Shown piece by piece: positions 38,026-47,093 of a stretch of DNA of 64,000 nt (positions within the stretch are counted from its first letter, which is position 1; each line of letters opens with the position of its first letter). The notes below the pieces were generated by a model. It searched no databases. It was not told the DNA's origin and worked only from the letters and a program-made list of their open reading frames with translations. Source of the DNA: Candidatus Aminicenantes bacterium (lineage in GTDB: Bacteria > Acidobacteriota > Aminicenantia > Aminicenantales > JAFGBC01); the NCBI GenBank assembly GCA_963702005.1, contig OY969696.1:96001-160000 (forward strand), in the 5' to 3' direction. The translations under genes and the position numbers were made by a program.

Positions 38026-40059
38026 ATGGGCATGTCTTTTCAGGATGAGGTCGAGGCGCTTTTCCGCAAGCTGAAGCCTGTCCTGGGCAAGGAAATCGAC
38101 TCCCTCTGGCTGGCTTACCATACCCAGACCGACCCGCGTTCCCGGGCTGAGATCCTGGGCATCCTTTACTCCCTGGCCTCCCAATACCTCGACGAGACGT
38201 TTGACAAGCAGCTTCTTCTCTCGCTTCCGGACGCCGGCGATATCGCGGGCGACCACGAAATCGGCAAAGTCGTCTACGCCGGGCGCGAGCTGCATCCCTT
38301 CGGCCTGCGCGAAAACGAATGGCTCCGCCACATAGGTATTTTCGGGACGACCGGCTCGGGGAAGACCAACTGCGCCTTCGTCCTGCTCTCGAAACTGCTC
38401 AAAATGCGAAAACCCTTCCTGGTGTTCGACTGGAAGCGCAATTACCGCGACCTGCTCGCCCTTCCGGATTTTGCCGGGCTGAAGGTCTACACGATTGGCC
38501 GGGAAGAGTCGCCGCTTCTCTTCAATCCCCTGATTCCTCCGCCGGGGACGGGCGCCCAGACGTGGCTCAAGAAGCTCATCGAGGTCATGTGCCATGCCTA
38601 TTTCCTTGGGGAGGGAGTAGCATACCTGCTTCAGAAAGCGATTGACCAGGCCTACTCGGATTCAGGAGTCTACTACGAGCAGGCCGGCGCCTTTCCGACC
38701 TTCCGGGACGTGCTCAATATTCTGGAGAAAACGGAAGTCAAGGGCAGAAAAGCGCTTTGGATGGATTCGACGCTGCGAACCCTGGGCGTCCTCTGCTTCG
38801 GCGAATTCGGCCGCGTCCTGAACGCGGCGAAGCCATCGCCTCTCGCTTCCCTGCTTTCCGAGAACGCGGTTCTGGAGCTCGACAGCCTGACGAATTCCGA
38901 CAAGACCTTCTTCATCGAGGCGCTACTGCTGTGGATTCACCATTTCCGTCTTTCGCAGCCGGAGCGCGAAACCTTCAAGCATGCCATCCTGATAGAGGAG
39001 GCGCACCACATACTCCTGAGGAAGAAGCAGGAGGCCACTGGCAGCGAGGCGGTTACGGACGTCATCCTCCGAGAGATCCGAGAGCTCGGCGAGGCGATAA
39101 TCCTGATAGACCAGCATCCCTCGCTTATTTCGATTCCGGCGCTTGGCAATACGTATACGACTCTATGCTTCGGGCTGAAGCACAGGGCGGACATGTTCAC
39201 CATTTCCGAATCGCTTTTGCTGGCGAAAGACGAGGTCGACTTCCTGGGCCAGCTTGAGACCGGGACGGCGATTGTGAAGCTCCAGGGCCGCTATTTCAAG
39301 CCCTTCCTTGTGCGCATCCCTCTTTTTCAAATACGGAAAGGAATCGTATCCGATTCCGAAGTCAGAAGCCGGATGGCAGGAAATTTGGCTGAAAACGGGG
39401 TTGTCAGGCTTGAACGCGGCCTTCGCGGCATTGTCAGCTCTCTTGAAGGTATTGTTAATAAAGGGGGCGGACAGGTTATTCTGGAGGCAGACGAACGCCG
39501 CTTCCTGGAGGACATCGCAATCCATCCCATTTCAGGCGTGGTGGCGCGCTATACGAGGCTCGGAATGAACAGATACAGGGGCAACCAGATACAGAACAGG
39601 CTTCAAGACAATAAGCTGATTTCGTGGCGCCCCGTTTCAACGAGCTCCGGCCGGCTTAAGGTCCTGGTCCTCACGGACTCCGGGAAGAAGGCGATTCCTG
39701 ACGTCAGGGTCGAGAAGGTCTTCCAGAAGAACGAGTCCTGGGAGCATGCCGTCGCGAAGGCGAAGGTCGCGGACCACTACCGCGCGCTGGGATACAAGGT
39801 CACGCTGGAATACAAGCTTCCGGGCGGCCGGGCCGTGGACGTGGTCGCTGAGAAGGACGGGAAGCGCATCGCTATCGAAATTGAGACGGGGAAATCGGAT
39901 ACGATTTACAATATCAGAAAGGATCTGGAGGCGGGGTTTGAGGAGATTGTCGTAATCTGCTTTCGCAAAGAAAATAAAGAAAATATCCTTTCTGAATTGA
40001 CAAATCTTGGATTGAACAAAAGCGATAAAGTAAAGCTACTGGGAGTCGAAGATATTTGA
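38026..40059 (+). CDS. HerA/DUF87-like (FtsK-HerA/VirB4 superfamily) ATPase fused to a C-terminal PD-(D/E)xK nuclease domain
   Basis: HIGIFGTTGSGKT, LVFDWK, ILIEEAHH, LREIRELG..IILIDQHP; C-terminal EYKL...AVDVVAEKDGKRIAIEIETG. Confidence 0.88.
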   Translation: MGMSFQDEVEALFRKLKPVLGKEIDSLWLAYHTQTDPRSRAEILGILYSLASQYLDETFDKQLLLSLPDAGDIAGDHEIGKVVYAGRELHPFGLRENEWLRHIGIFGTTGSGKTNCAFVLLSKLLKMRKPFLVFDWKRNYRDLLALPDFAGLKVYTIGREESPLLFNPLIPPPGTGAQTWLKKLIEVMCHAYFLGEGVAYLLQKAIDQAYSDSGVYYEQAGAFPTFRDVLNILEKTEVKGRKALWMDSTLRTLGVLCFGEFGRVLNAAKPSPLASLLSENAVLELDSLTNSDKTFFIEALLLWIHHFRLSQPERETFKHAILIEEAHHILLRKKQEATGSEAVTDVILREIRELGEAIILIDQHPSLISIPALGNTYTTLCFGLKHRADMFTISESLLLAKDEVDFLGQLETGTAIVKLQGRYFKPFLVRIPLFQIRKGIVSDSEVRSRMAGNLAENGVVRLERGLRGIVSSLEGIVNKGGGQVILEADERRFLEDIAIHPISGVVARYTRLGMNRYRGNQIQNRLQDNKLISWRPVSTSSGRLKVLVLTDSGKKAIPDVRVEKVFQKNESWEHAVAKAKVADHYRALGYKVTLEYKLPGGRAVDVVAEKDGKRIAIEIETGKSDTIYNIRKDLEAGFEEIVVICFRKENKENILSELTNLGLNKSDKVKLLGVEDI

Positions 40060-40100
40060 TCGGCTAACATGCTCATAATCAACTTTTTTATTTCTCTTTG

Positions 40101-41606
40101 CTAGCCTTCTTTATTTTTTCTTTCTTTTTCAATTTGAAATTGAACATCACAAAATGCCTTGCCAATTTCTCTGACTAAGTTCTGCATTGTAATGATTGTA
40201 ATCAATCTCTCCATTGTAGGTTTGGTCGCTAAAAGACAGGTCGTTATCTGATGCAAAGATATGACAGCATTCTTGGCAGGATCAGCCAAACCATAATTGC
40301 TGGGTCCTGCTAAAAGAACTTCTTGTAATGAATTGTTCTGAATTAATCCAAGTCTGAATTTAAGACTTTTTGAACCAGCATGTACATTAATACAAGCCAT
40401 TTTATAAAAAGGTCTCCACGTGTCCATTTTTATTGATTCTTCTATTTCTTTGAAATTCCTATCCCTCAAGATATTGCTGGGAACCCATCCGTAATCGCTA
40501 CAGAAATCTCTGCCATATTTAGCGCAGACGACATCTCTGCCTCTTTTCAATTCTTGAAATTGATTTCTTGTTAATGGCTTAAATCCTAATCTCTTGCAGT
40601 GTTTTTGGTATTCTTTCGCTTCCTTATAATTCTCGATAATTGTATGAGTTAGATATCTCTCTGCAATACTTCTCCCATGTTTACTTAGAAAAAATGAAAT
40701 AACTGCCAGCTCATGCAAACTTCTCCAACGAGCGAATGCTCCATCTGCCAAACCGCTCTTAAGGAGTGTCATTATCTCAAAGAATATTTGACACCCGCGA
40801 GCATGTATTCTGGTAAGAGCCTCAAAAAGAAAATCCTGATTTCTGGCTGCTTCTTCTCTATGTTTGTTATTGAATTCTTCTCCTGATTCTAAGGCCATCA
40901 CATAAAACATTTCTAACAAATCAACTGGCTTTTGCCATCTCTTCATCAATCGGTTTTCAAATCCTTCTTGATAACTTCTTCTCTCTGTTAACATTTTTGA
41001 ACTTGTCTTCTTAAGTTCGTTCAATAATACTTCCGCAGATTTGGGCAACGTTTTCGACATTATGTTATTTATCATTTTTGATATTTTCTTAGAATCAGGA
41101 ATTTCTTTGCCGGCACTAATTATTGCTTCAAGAATCAACGTACAAAACCAATCGTCAGAATTTCCATTAGTTTTCCCTCTCTTGGTAATATCACTTTTTA
41201 AATTATCAACGGTTTTTTTACATGAAGAAATGTCCATTACCCCTTCCAATTCCGATAACAATTTGTAACAGTTCTCATCAACAATCTTTAATTTATTTCT
41301 AAAGGCTTGATAAAATTCAGAATTGACTGCCCCTTTATTTGAACCAGTCCTAATAGTCTGGTTACACCTATCAAAAATATCTTTAAACTCTTTATTTATC
41401 TTTTTTAAGTCACTCTTTGATAAATCAAATTCTTTTATATTTTCTTCTGTAAGATTACGCTCAAAATTGCTAATGATATTGCTGTAAAAAAATCCTTCAA
41501 CAATGCTTACCGCTTCATTTTGAATTACCACTGATTTTGCGTATTTAGAGACCATCTCTTTAGATTGTTCAATCAGTTGCTCAAGTTTATCTAAAAATTC
41601 ATTCAT
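40101..41606 (-). CDS. DUF5677-like (HEPN-related) protein
   Basis: IMTLLKSGLADGAFARWRSLHEL...YGW...YKMACINVHA; AT-rich insert. Confidence 0.75.
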   Translation of the reverse strand: MNEFLDKLEQLIEQSKEMVSKYAKSVVIQNEAVSIVEGFFYSNIISNFERNLTEENIKEFDLSKSDLKKINKEFKDIFDRCNQTIRTGSNKGAVNSEFYQAFRNKLKIVDENCYKLLSELEGVMDISSCKKTVDNLKSDITKRGKTNGNSDDWFCTLILEAIISAGKEIPDSKKISKMINNIMSKTLPKSAEVLLNELKKTSSKMLTERRSYQEGFENRLMKRWQKPVDLLEMFYVMALESGEEFNNKHREEAARNQDFLFEALTRIHARGCQIFFEIMTLLKSGLADGAFARWRSLHELAVISFFLSKHGRSIAERYLTHTIIENYKEAKEYQKHCKRLGFKPLTRNQFQELKRGRDVVCAKYGRDFCSDYGWVPSNILRDRNFKEIEESIKMDTWRPFYKMACINVHAGSKSLKFRLGLIQNNSLQEVLLAGPSNYGLADPAKNAVISLHQITTCLLATKPTMERLITIITMQNLVREIGKAFCDVQFQIEKERKNKEG

Positions 41607-41772
41607 TTTTCCCTCATTAAGCTATCTGCTAATGAAACATAAAAGCTATTTCAAAAAGAATTCGCGTATTTCAACAATGCTGCTAATTTTGACGCATATC
41701 TTTTTGCTTCGCTGCGTAGAGCTAAAGTTATATTAAGCCTCTATCGAAAATTCTTTGTCGAAAATATTATTG

Positions 41773-42060
41773 TTATCTTGTAGAACGCTTTAAAATCTTT
41801 CCTTTCTCATTCATTACACCCACAGTGGTTCCTTCTGTTCTATCAAGAGCCTCGTTAAGAATATCATTTGGGACCCCAAGATATACCGGCTTTTTAAATC
41901 CCTGTAATTGCTTAATTCCTTCGGACAGTTTGTTTTTATTTATCTCAACTTCAACGGCGTATTTTGGAGTGTTTACGTCTGGACCTTCTGTGGGTTCATA
42001 TTTTGTTCCTCGTGCTTTGGCGATTTTTTCAGCGACCTTATCATGTTTGCTTTGAGACAT
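41773..42060 (-). CDS. small PD-(D/E)xK-like protein, 95 aa
   Basis: SKHD...GPDV....AVEVE...GIKQL; AAGGAGG RBS. Confidence 0.65.
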   Translation of the reverse strand: MSQSKHDKVAEKIAKARGTKYEPTEGPDVNTPKYAVEVEINKNKLSEGIKQLQGFKKPVYLGVPNDILNEALDRTEGTTVGVMNEKGKILKRSTR

Positions 42061-42231
42061 TGGTAACCTCCTTGCTTCTTATTATATAACGCGTTCAAGA
42101 ATTATCAAAAGCATATTCCGCATCAAATTATAGAATCTGGACTGGCCAAAGAAAAAGGAGCTAGACTAATAGAGTCTGTGTTATTGACTACAGAAACAGA
42201 AAACAAGCAATAAAATATGTTAAAAATAAAC

Positions 42232-43044
42232 TCAATATGTTCTTTGATCAGTAATTTCTTGTTCGGCCTCGATCCCATTTGAGGCCAAAAAAACTTTTAA
42301 TTCTTCGTATCGTTCTCTAATTGATTTAACTCTTATTATTTTAGGACTGAAAAATAAACTCAATTCGCTAATTTTATCATTTCTTGTTTCCGACTTGTAA
42401 AATAGCGGTGCAAGCAATCGTAATAAGTTTGATGCGGTATCCAGATTTTGTTCCTCTTGTCTTGAAAAAGCATTCACAGCGAATCTCAAAGAACCAATTA
42501 CTATATCAACGAGCGATCCAAAATGGGATTGTCCAATAGCACTATAGTGATAACCTATAATATGATTTAATCTTAAGGTTCTCGAATAGGGTAGTCCCCT
42601 AACGCCGGTAGATAGTTTTTCCCTCAGATGGGCATCAATTTGCTTGTCGCTGAAGCGATCAATTAGCATCAATCCATGAGAGCAGAATCTTTTCAATAGA
42701 CAATCAAAATGATATGCAACTCTATTTATTTCGTTTTTTCTAGCATCCTCGGGGCTCGTGGCTATTTTATGGTGAATCAGAGAAACTAGAATAACACATC
42801 CAGTCTCCACTGCCTTCTGAACTATTCTTTGTTTAAGCTCAACAAATTCTTCATGTTTAAGTTTATTGGGGCGTGGATTGAACTTGAGTAGAAAATCATT
42901 GGGAATACATTTATCCAGTCGAAGTTTGTATATTTCGTCAGATAGAGTCTTTGCCTTCGCTGAGTCAATAACGACTCCGCCATATATAAAGAAAACATTT
43001 TCTGCTGGTCTTAGATTTGTCTCATCAGAATACATTAGATACAT
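42232..43044 (-). CDS. DUF3800 family (RNase H-like fold) protein
   Basis: MYLMYSDET...FFIYGGVVI...GLMLIDR...SLVDIVIG. Confidence 0.8.
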   Translation of the reverse strand: MYLMYSDETNLRPAENVFFIYGGVVIDSAKAKTLSDEIYKLRLDKCIPNDFLLKFNPRPNKLKHEEFVELKQRIVQKAVETGCVILVSLIHHKIATSPEDARKNEINRVAYHFDCLLKRFCSHGLMLIDRFSDKQIDAHLREKLSTGVRGLPYSRTLRLNHIIGYHYSAIGQSHFGSLVDIVIGSLRFAVNAFSRQEEQNLDTASNLLRLLAPLFYKSETRNDKISELSLFFSPKIIRVKSIRERYEELKVFLASNGIEAEQEITDQRTY

Positions 43045-43293
43045 GAGCTTTTTCCCCCTTCCATTTTAATTCTACTGCAAAACACGAATTCACAATAGAT
43101 ATAGCTAATCTGCATATTCCACAACCTTAAAAGCAAGCCTTCTAAACTTTTCAGCGGTCTAAAAAGAAACCCTAGTAAATTTTCCTTATCTGCATGATCC
43201 GCAAATCTCCCTAAATGCTTTTCAAATTTATCAGCTTTGGCTATCACAAAAAAGAATAATAACGATCAGAATTGACTTCGAAAAATGCCAAGT

Positions 43294-43875
43294 CTAAGCA
43301 TACGGATCATGCTTAGCGGATTCTATCCAGTCCGACTCTGATGAGGGATCAATCGTTGATAGTTCATTTAGAATAGATTCGACGGTCAAAATGGCATCAG
43401 CGCTATGATTTTCCGTAACCCAGTCTTCCTCTTCAACGATTTCAGATACTTTTTTCCTTCTGGTTTTATAATGAACGAGCCTGTCCCTAAGCTTGAAAAG
43501 TTCTTTTAGCCTTTCATATGACTGTCCATCGGTGTCTAGCGCTTTTCCTGTTATCAATTTTGGAATCAGGATCCACTTGCTCACAGGACTCAGTTTATCC
43601 AGATGGTTATCGAAATAGCTTCTTGAAAATCTTTCAATCGCATAATTGTTTATGAATGCTTCAAGAGTGAGAGCGCTAAAAATGACTGATACCATTGCGG
43701 AGCGTTGAATCGCGGCATTTTTCTCACATACGTAGTCGACATCACGGTCATCCTTCACTATCCTGGCTTCGCGCTCCGAAACAAGCCTCTCCACGTGCTT
43801 GTGATGTCTATATGCAATCGCGAAGAATGTCTTGTGCCTGGTAAAAACTACTTCATGATCATGCTCTTTGTCCAC
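43294..43875 (-). CDS. HEPN-domain protein
   Basis: FSALTLEAFIN and LRDRLVHYK (RxxxxH). Confidence 0.75.
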   Translation of the reverse strand: MDKEHDHEVVFTRHKTFFAIAYRHHKHVERLVSEREARIVKDDRDVDYVCEKNAAIQRSAMVSVIFSALTLEAFINNYAIERFSRSYFDNHLDKLSPVSKWILIPKLITGKALDTDGQSYERLKELFKLRDRLVHYKTRRKKVSEIVEEEDWVTENHSADAILTVESILNELSTIDPSSESDWIESAKHDPYA

Positions 43876-44086
43876 GAAAAACTCCTTAGCTCAAGGGATA
43901 AAGTCATTTTATTCGATTAAACGCATATTCTGCAATTTTCCTCAGAAGCCTTTCTAAGCATATCGCCAATTCCAATCCGATTTGTCAAATCGGCCTTTTT
44001 GTTTATATTTTTCAAATATTTTATAGGCATAATCAGCAATCCGTATAAACAGCCTTTAAAAAAGCATTATCAATACCCTCTTGGGT

Positions 44087-45124
44087 ATGACTGAGGCTCG
44101 GCCAATAATTATTAATCCTGAAATCCTCAACGAAACCTATATCCTGGTCAATACCTCAGTAAGGGAACCCCATTTAGAAGAGCTCCTTCGCTGTTTGAGG
44201 CCCGGCTTTGACAGGAAGAAGCCGATGCATGCCTGGCTATTCGGCGAGCCAGGAACCGGGAAAACCCTCCTGGTCAAGCACGTTCTCGGAAAGATGAGCA
44301 GGGAAGCCCTGGTGGGCGGCGCCTACATTAACTGCTGGGAGCAGAATTCCTTTTATTCGGTTCTTGATAAGCTCGTCAGAGAGCTCAGGATGCTCGGAGC
44401 CGAAAAGCTCAACTCATCCTTCAAGCTCGAAAGGCTCAAGATGTTCATCGGCAACAGGCCGTTCATAATAGTCCTGGACGAAATCGACAAGCCCAAAAGG
44501 GAAGAAAGGGATTCGATTCTCTATAACCTCTGCAACGTCGGCAATGTCGGCCTCGTCTGCGTGTCCAATTCCCGGTCCGTCCTGTATTCCATGGACGAGA
44601 GGATAAAGTCCAGGCTGAATGCAAGGCAGATTGAATTCCGCCCTTATGCTCAAGATGACCTGTTTTGCATCCTGAAGCAGAGGGCGGAGCTGGCGCTAAG
44701 TCCCGGCTCATGTAACGAGGCGACATTGAGGAAAATAGCAGAACTGGCCGAAGGCGACGCGCGCGTCGCCATCCAGACGCTGAAGAACGCCGCTTACAAT
44801 GCGGAGAAAGACGCCGGCAAAACCATAAACGAAAACCACATCAAAGACGGCTTCACTTCAGCCAAGGGCACGAAAAAGACCTATCTGCTCGAAAAGCTGA
44901 CGAGCCATCACCGCCTTCTTTGCGATTTGGTCGCTGAAAGGGGGAAGATCAATTCCGGAGAGCTCTGGCAGGCCTATCTGGACAGGTGCGATTCGCTTTC
45001 CAAGCCGCCCATCGCTTTGCGCACGTTTTCCGAATACATGAACAAGCTCATCGAGCTCGGCCTGGTCCGGTGGGACCGGGCGCTTGTACGAGGCAAAGTG
45101 CGCGTTTTCACAATGCCGAGCTAG
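44087..45124 (+). CDS. cdc6: Orc1/Cdc6-family AAA+ replication initiator with a C-terminal winged helix
   Basis: GEPGTGKT, YINC, IIVLDEID, RIKSRL, F.PY...L..IL..R, GDARVAI, wHTH RTFSEYMNKLIELGLV. Confidence 0.9.
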   Translation: MTEARPIIINPEILNETYILVNTSVREPHLEELLRCLRPGFDRKKPMHAWLFGEPGTGKTLLVKHVLGKMSREALVGGAYINCWEQNSFYSVLDKLVRELRMLGAEKLNSSFKLERLKMFIGNRPFIIVLDEIDKPKREERDSILYNLCNVGNVGLVCVSNSRSVLYSMDERIKSRLNARQIEFRPYAQDDLFCILKQRAELALSPGSCNEATLRKIAELAEGDARVAIQTLKNAAYNAEKDAGKTINENHIKDGFTSAKGTKKTYLLEKLTSHHRLLCDLVAERGKINSGELWQAYLDRCDSLSKPPIALRTFSEYMNKLIELGLVRWDRALVRGKVRVFTMPS

Positions 45125-45213
45125 CGGGGGTGTTTTTTAGATTTTTCCTGTATGCGCGATTTGGCCTTTATCATTCATTAATATCTCCAACAACAACGGC
45201 TAATAAAACAGAC

Positions 45214-45280
45214 GTTTAAACATTTGTTTAAACATTTTTGATCCCTCTTGTAGCATATAAGTTTAAACACCCGTTTAAAC
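45214..45280. repeat. four GTTTAAAC palindromes in two 12-bp-period pairs (candidate origin or protein-binding array)
   Basis: GTTTAAAC starts at 45214, 45226, 45261 and 45273 in AT-rich non-coding DNA ~90 bp after cdc6. Confidence 0.85.
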
Positions 45281-45482
45281 AAAGTTATTTATTTCTCCGC
45301 GCAGATTATGAACCATGACCGAATATTCCGGGGACCGGAGGATCCTAAAAGATACGATGGGGAAAGGGTTCCAGACATGACGCGCGAAGAGATACTACGG
45401 ATACTAGCAATTCCATGTCCTCGTTGGTCTAGCCGATTCGTCTCCATCCATTGAACAGGAGGATGTATATTGGGAAGGGATT

Positions 45483-46184
45483 ATGATAAAACTCAGACAC
45501 GTCATTCGTAAGGCAAAGCTGGAACTTGAATACCAGTTTATGAAAGTCAGCGGAAAAACGAACCTCGGGTATCCTTACTCGGAAGTATATGCTGATTTCA
45601 AGCTGCGCTATCGCAGCCATTCGAGCCGTTTCTGGGACAACATAGCAAAAGACATGGAAAAAGAGATAATCGTCCATGGATTGGATGATTTCCGCAAGCT
45701 TCATTTTATCCAATATTTCAGCATCAATGCCGCCAACGCGAATAACGTGGGTGCCTTCGCGGACATAATGAAATACACGGGATGGGAACTGAACAAGAGA
45801 ATCACGATTTGCGAGATAGGCGGCGGCTATGGGGGTCTTGCCTACATGTTCCTGAAACTCATGCCGAATGCTCATTATATCCTCGTAGATATACCACAAA
45901 CACTTATTCTAGCCCATCGTTTTTTGAATGGGTTGGGTATTGCCGACAGGTGCGAGTTTCTAGTGCCGGATGAGATAAGGAACGTCAAACCTGACCTTTG
46001 GATAAACGTAGACAGCTTCCAGGAGCTTACCTATCACATAATTGATGATTATTTCAGTTACATCAAGAACAATCCGGGATATCTCTACATGAAGGAGCTG
46101 GAAACCAACCACAATTCTGTCGACGGCGTACATTCTGAATATCGACGACTACCCGTTCAAGAGGAACATGCGGATAATCGATAG
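45483..46184 (+). CDS. putative sugar O-methyltransferase (class I SAM-dependent)
   Basis: ICEIGGGYGGLA, YILVDIP, DLWINVDSFQE. Confidence 0.8.
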   Translation: MIKLRHVIRKAKLELEYQFMKVSGKTNLGYPYSEVYADFKLRYRSHSSRFWDNIAKDMEKEIIVHGLDDFRKLHFIQYFSINAANANNVGAFADIMKYTGWELNKRITICEIGGGYGGLAYMFLKLMPNAHYILVDIPQTLILAHRFLNGLGIADRCEFLVPDEIRNVKPDLWINVDSFQELTYHIIDDYFSYIKNNPGYLYMKELETNHNSVDGVHSEYRRLPVQEEHADNR

Positions 46185-46418
46185 AAAGGTCCTGCCGCAA
46201 AGGATACGATTTGACAACTGTAGCGGGATATGGGAGCCGTATGTCGTGATGTTCATAAAGATAAAGAAGGAGACTGGTGTATGAAACTCAACTCGGACGA
46301 TTGGTTCATAATAATAATGGTGACGTTGCTGGTGATAGGCATCGCATCCGACCTCATACTGAAGCTACATAAAATATAGCCGTTCAATCGCCGCCGTGTG
46401 AGGCGTTAAAAAGAAAAT

Positions 46419-46639
46419 ATGAAAATCGGGTTATATAACTTGGAGCCGAAGATCGTCAATTATGTGTTATGTTCTCATCGGATACTGGTCCAACAAAAGA
46501 GGAAGACATGATGAGAATGATGCAACTGAGATCCCTCGGCATCGACTCTTTCGTGATGCCCTATAACAAGCAGGATTATTACTACCGAGTATTTGCCAGG
46601 TGGGTCAACTTCAAGGTGATTTTTGAATCAATACCTTAG
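46419..46639 (+). pseudogene. internally deleted remnant of a phage-type radical-SAM-like gene
   Basis: MKIGLYNLEPKIVN joined to MCYVLIGYWS / EEDMMR...LGIDSFVMPYNK...FARWVN with frameshift and stop; family recognised from memory. Confidence 0.5.
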
Positions 46640-46895
46640 GAGTTGTATCACCAAAATCCGAATAAACACATCAAATAATTTTCGAGGCGCCTATCAAACT
46701 TGTTTTGATCCAGGTAATTGCTTCAGATTACTGCCAATATGTTCTTGATCTTTTAGGAAACTCTGAACAACCTGTCAACATGGATTTAATTCATAGTCTT
46801 TATACGGTATGTAAACAAAGAAAATCCTCTGTGTCTGGTCCAGAATAGCCATTCTTATCTGCATTGACCGTATCCCATTTGGCATCTCCATGTGG

Positions 46896-46993
46896 GCACT
46901 TTCGGAATATATGACAGGCTGATTGAGCTCGGCCTGGTCCGGCGGGTCAGGGCCCTGGTCAGGGGGAAGGTTAGGGCGTTTAGAGCCGACTGA
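46896..46993 (+). repeat. diverged duplicate of the cdc6 3' end (45021..45124)
   Basis: GAGCTCGGCCTGGTCCGG shared; encodes RLIELGLVRRVRALVRGKVRAF vs KLIELGLVRWDRALVRGKVRVF. Confidence 0.85.
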
Positions 46994-47093
46994 AATTGAT
47001 CTTGTGTGGACAGAATCGATATTAACATGTCGTAATATTTGGACTATCATAATACTAACTTGATAGGGAAAGTGAATTCTCTTTTGCAACAAA

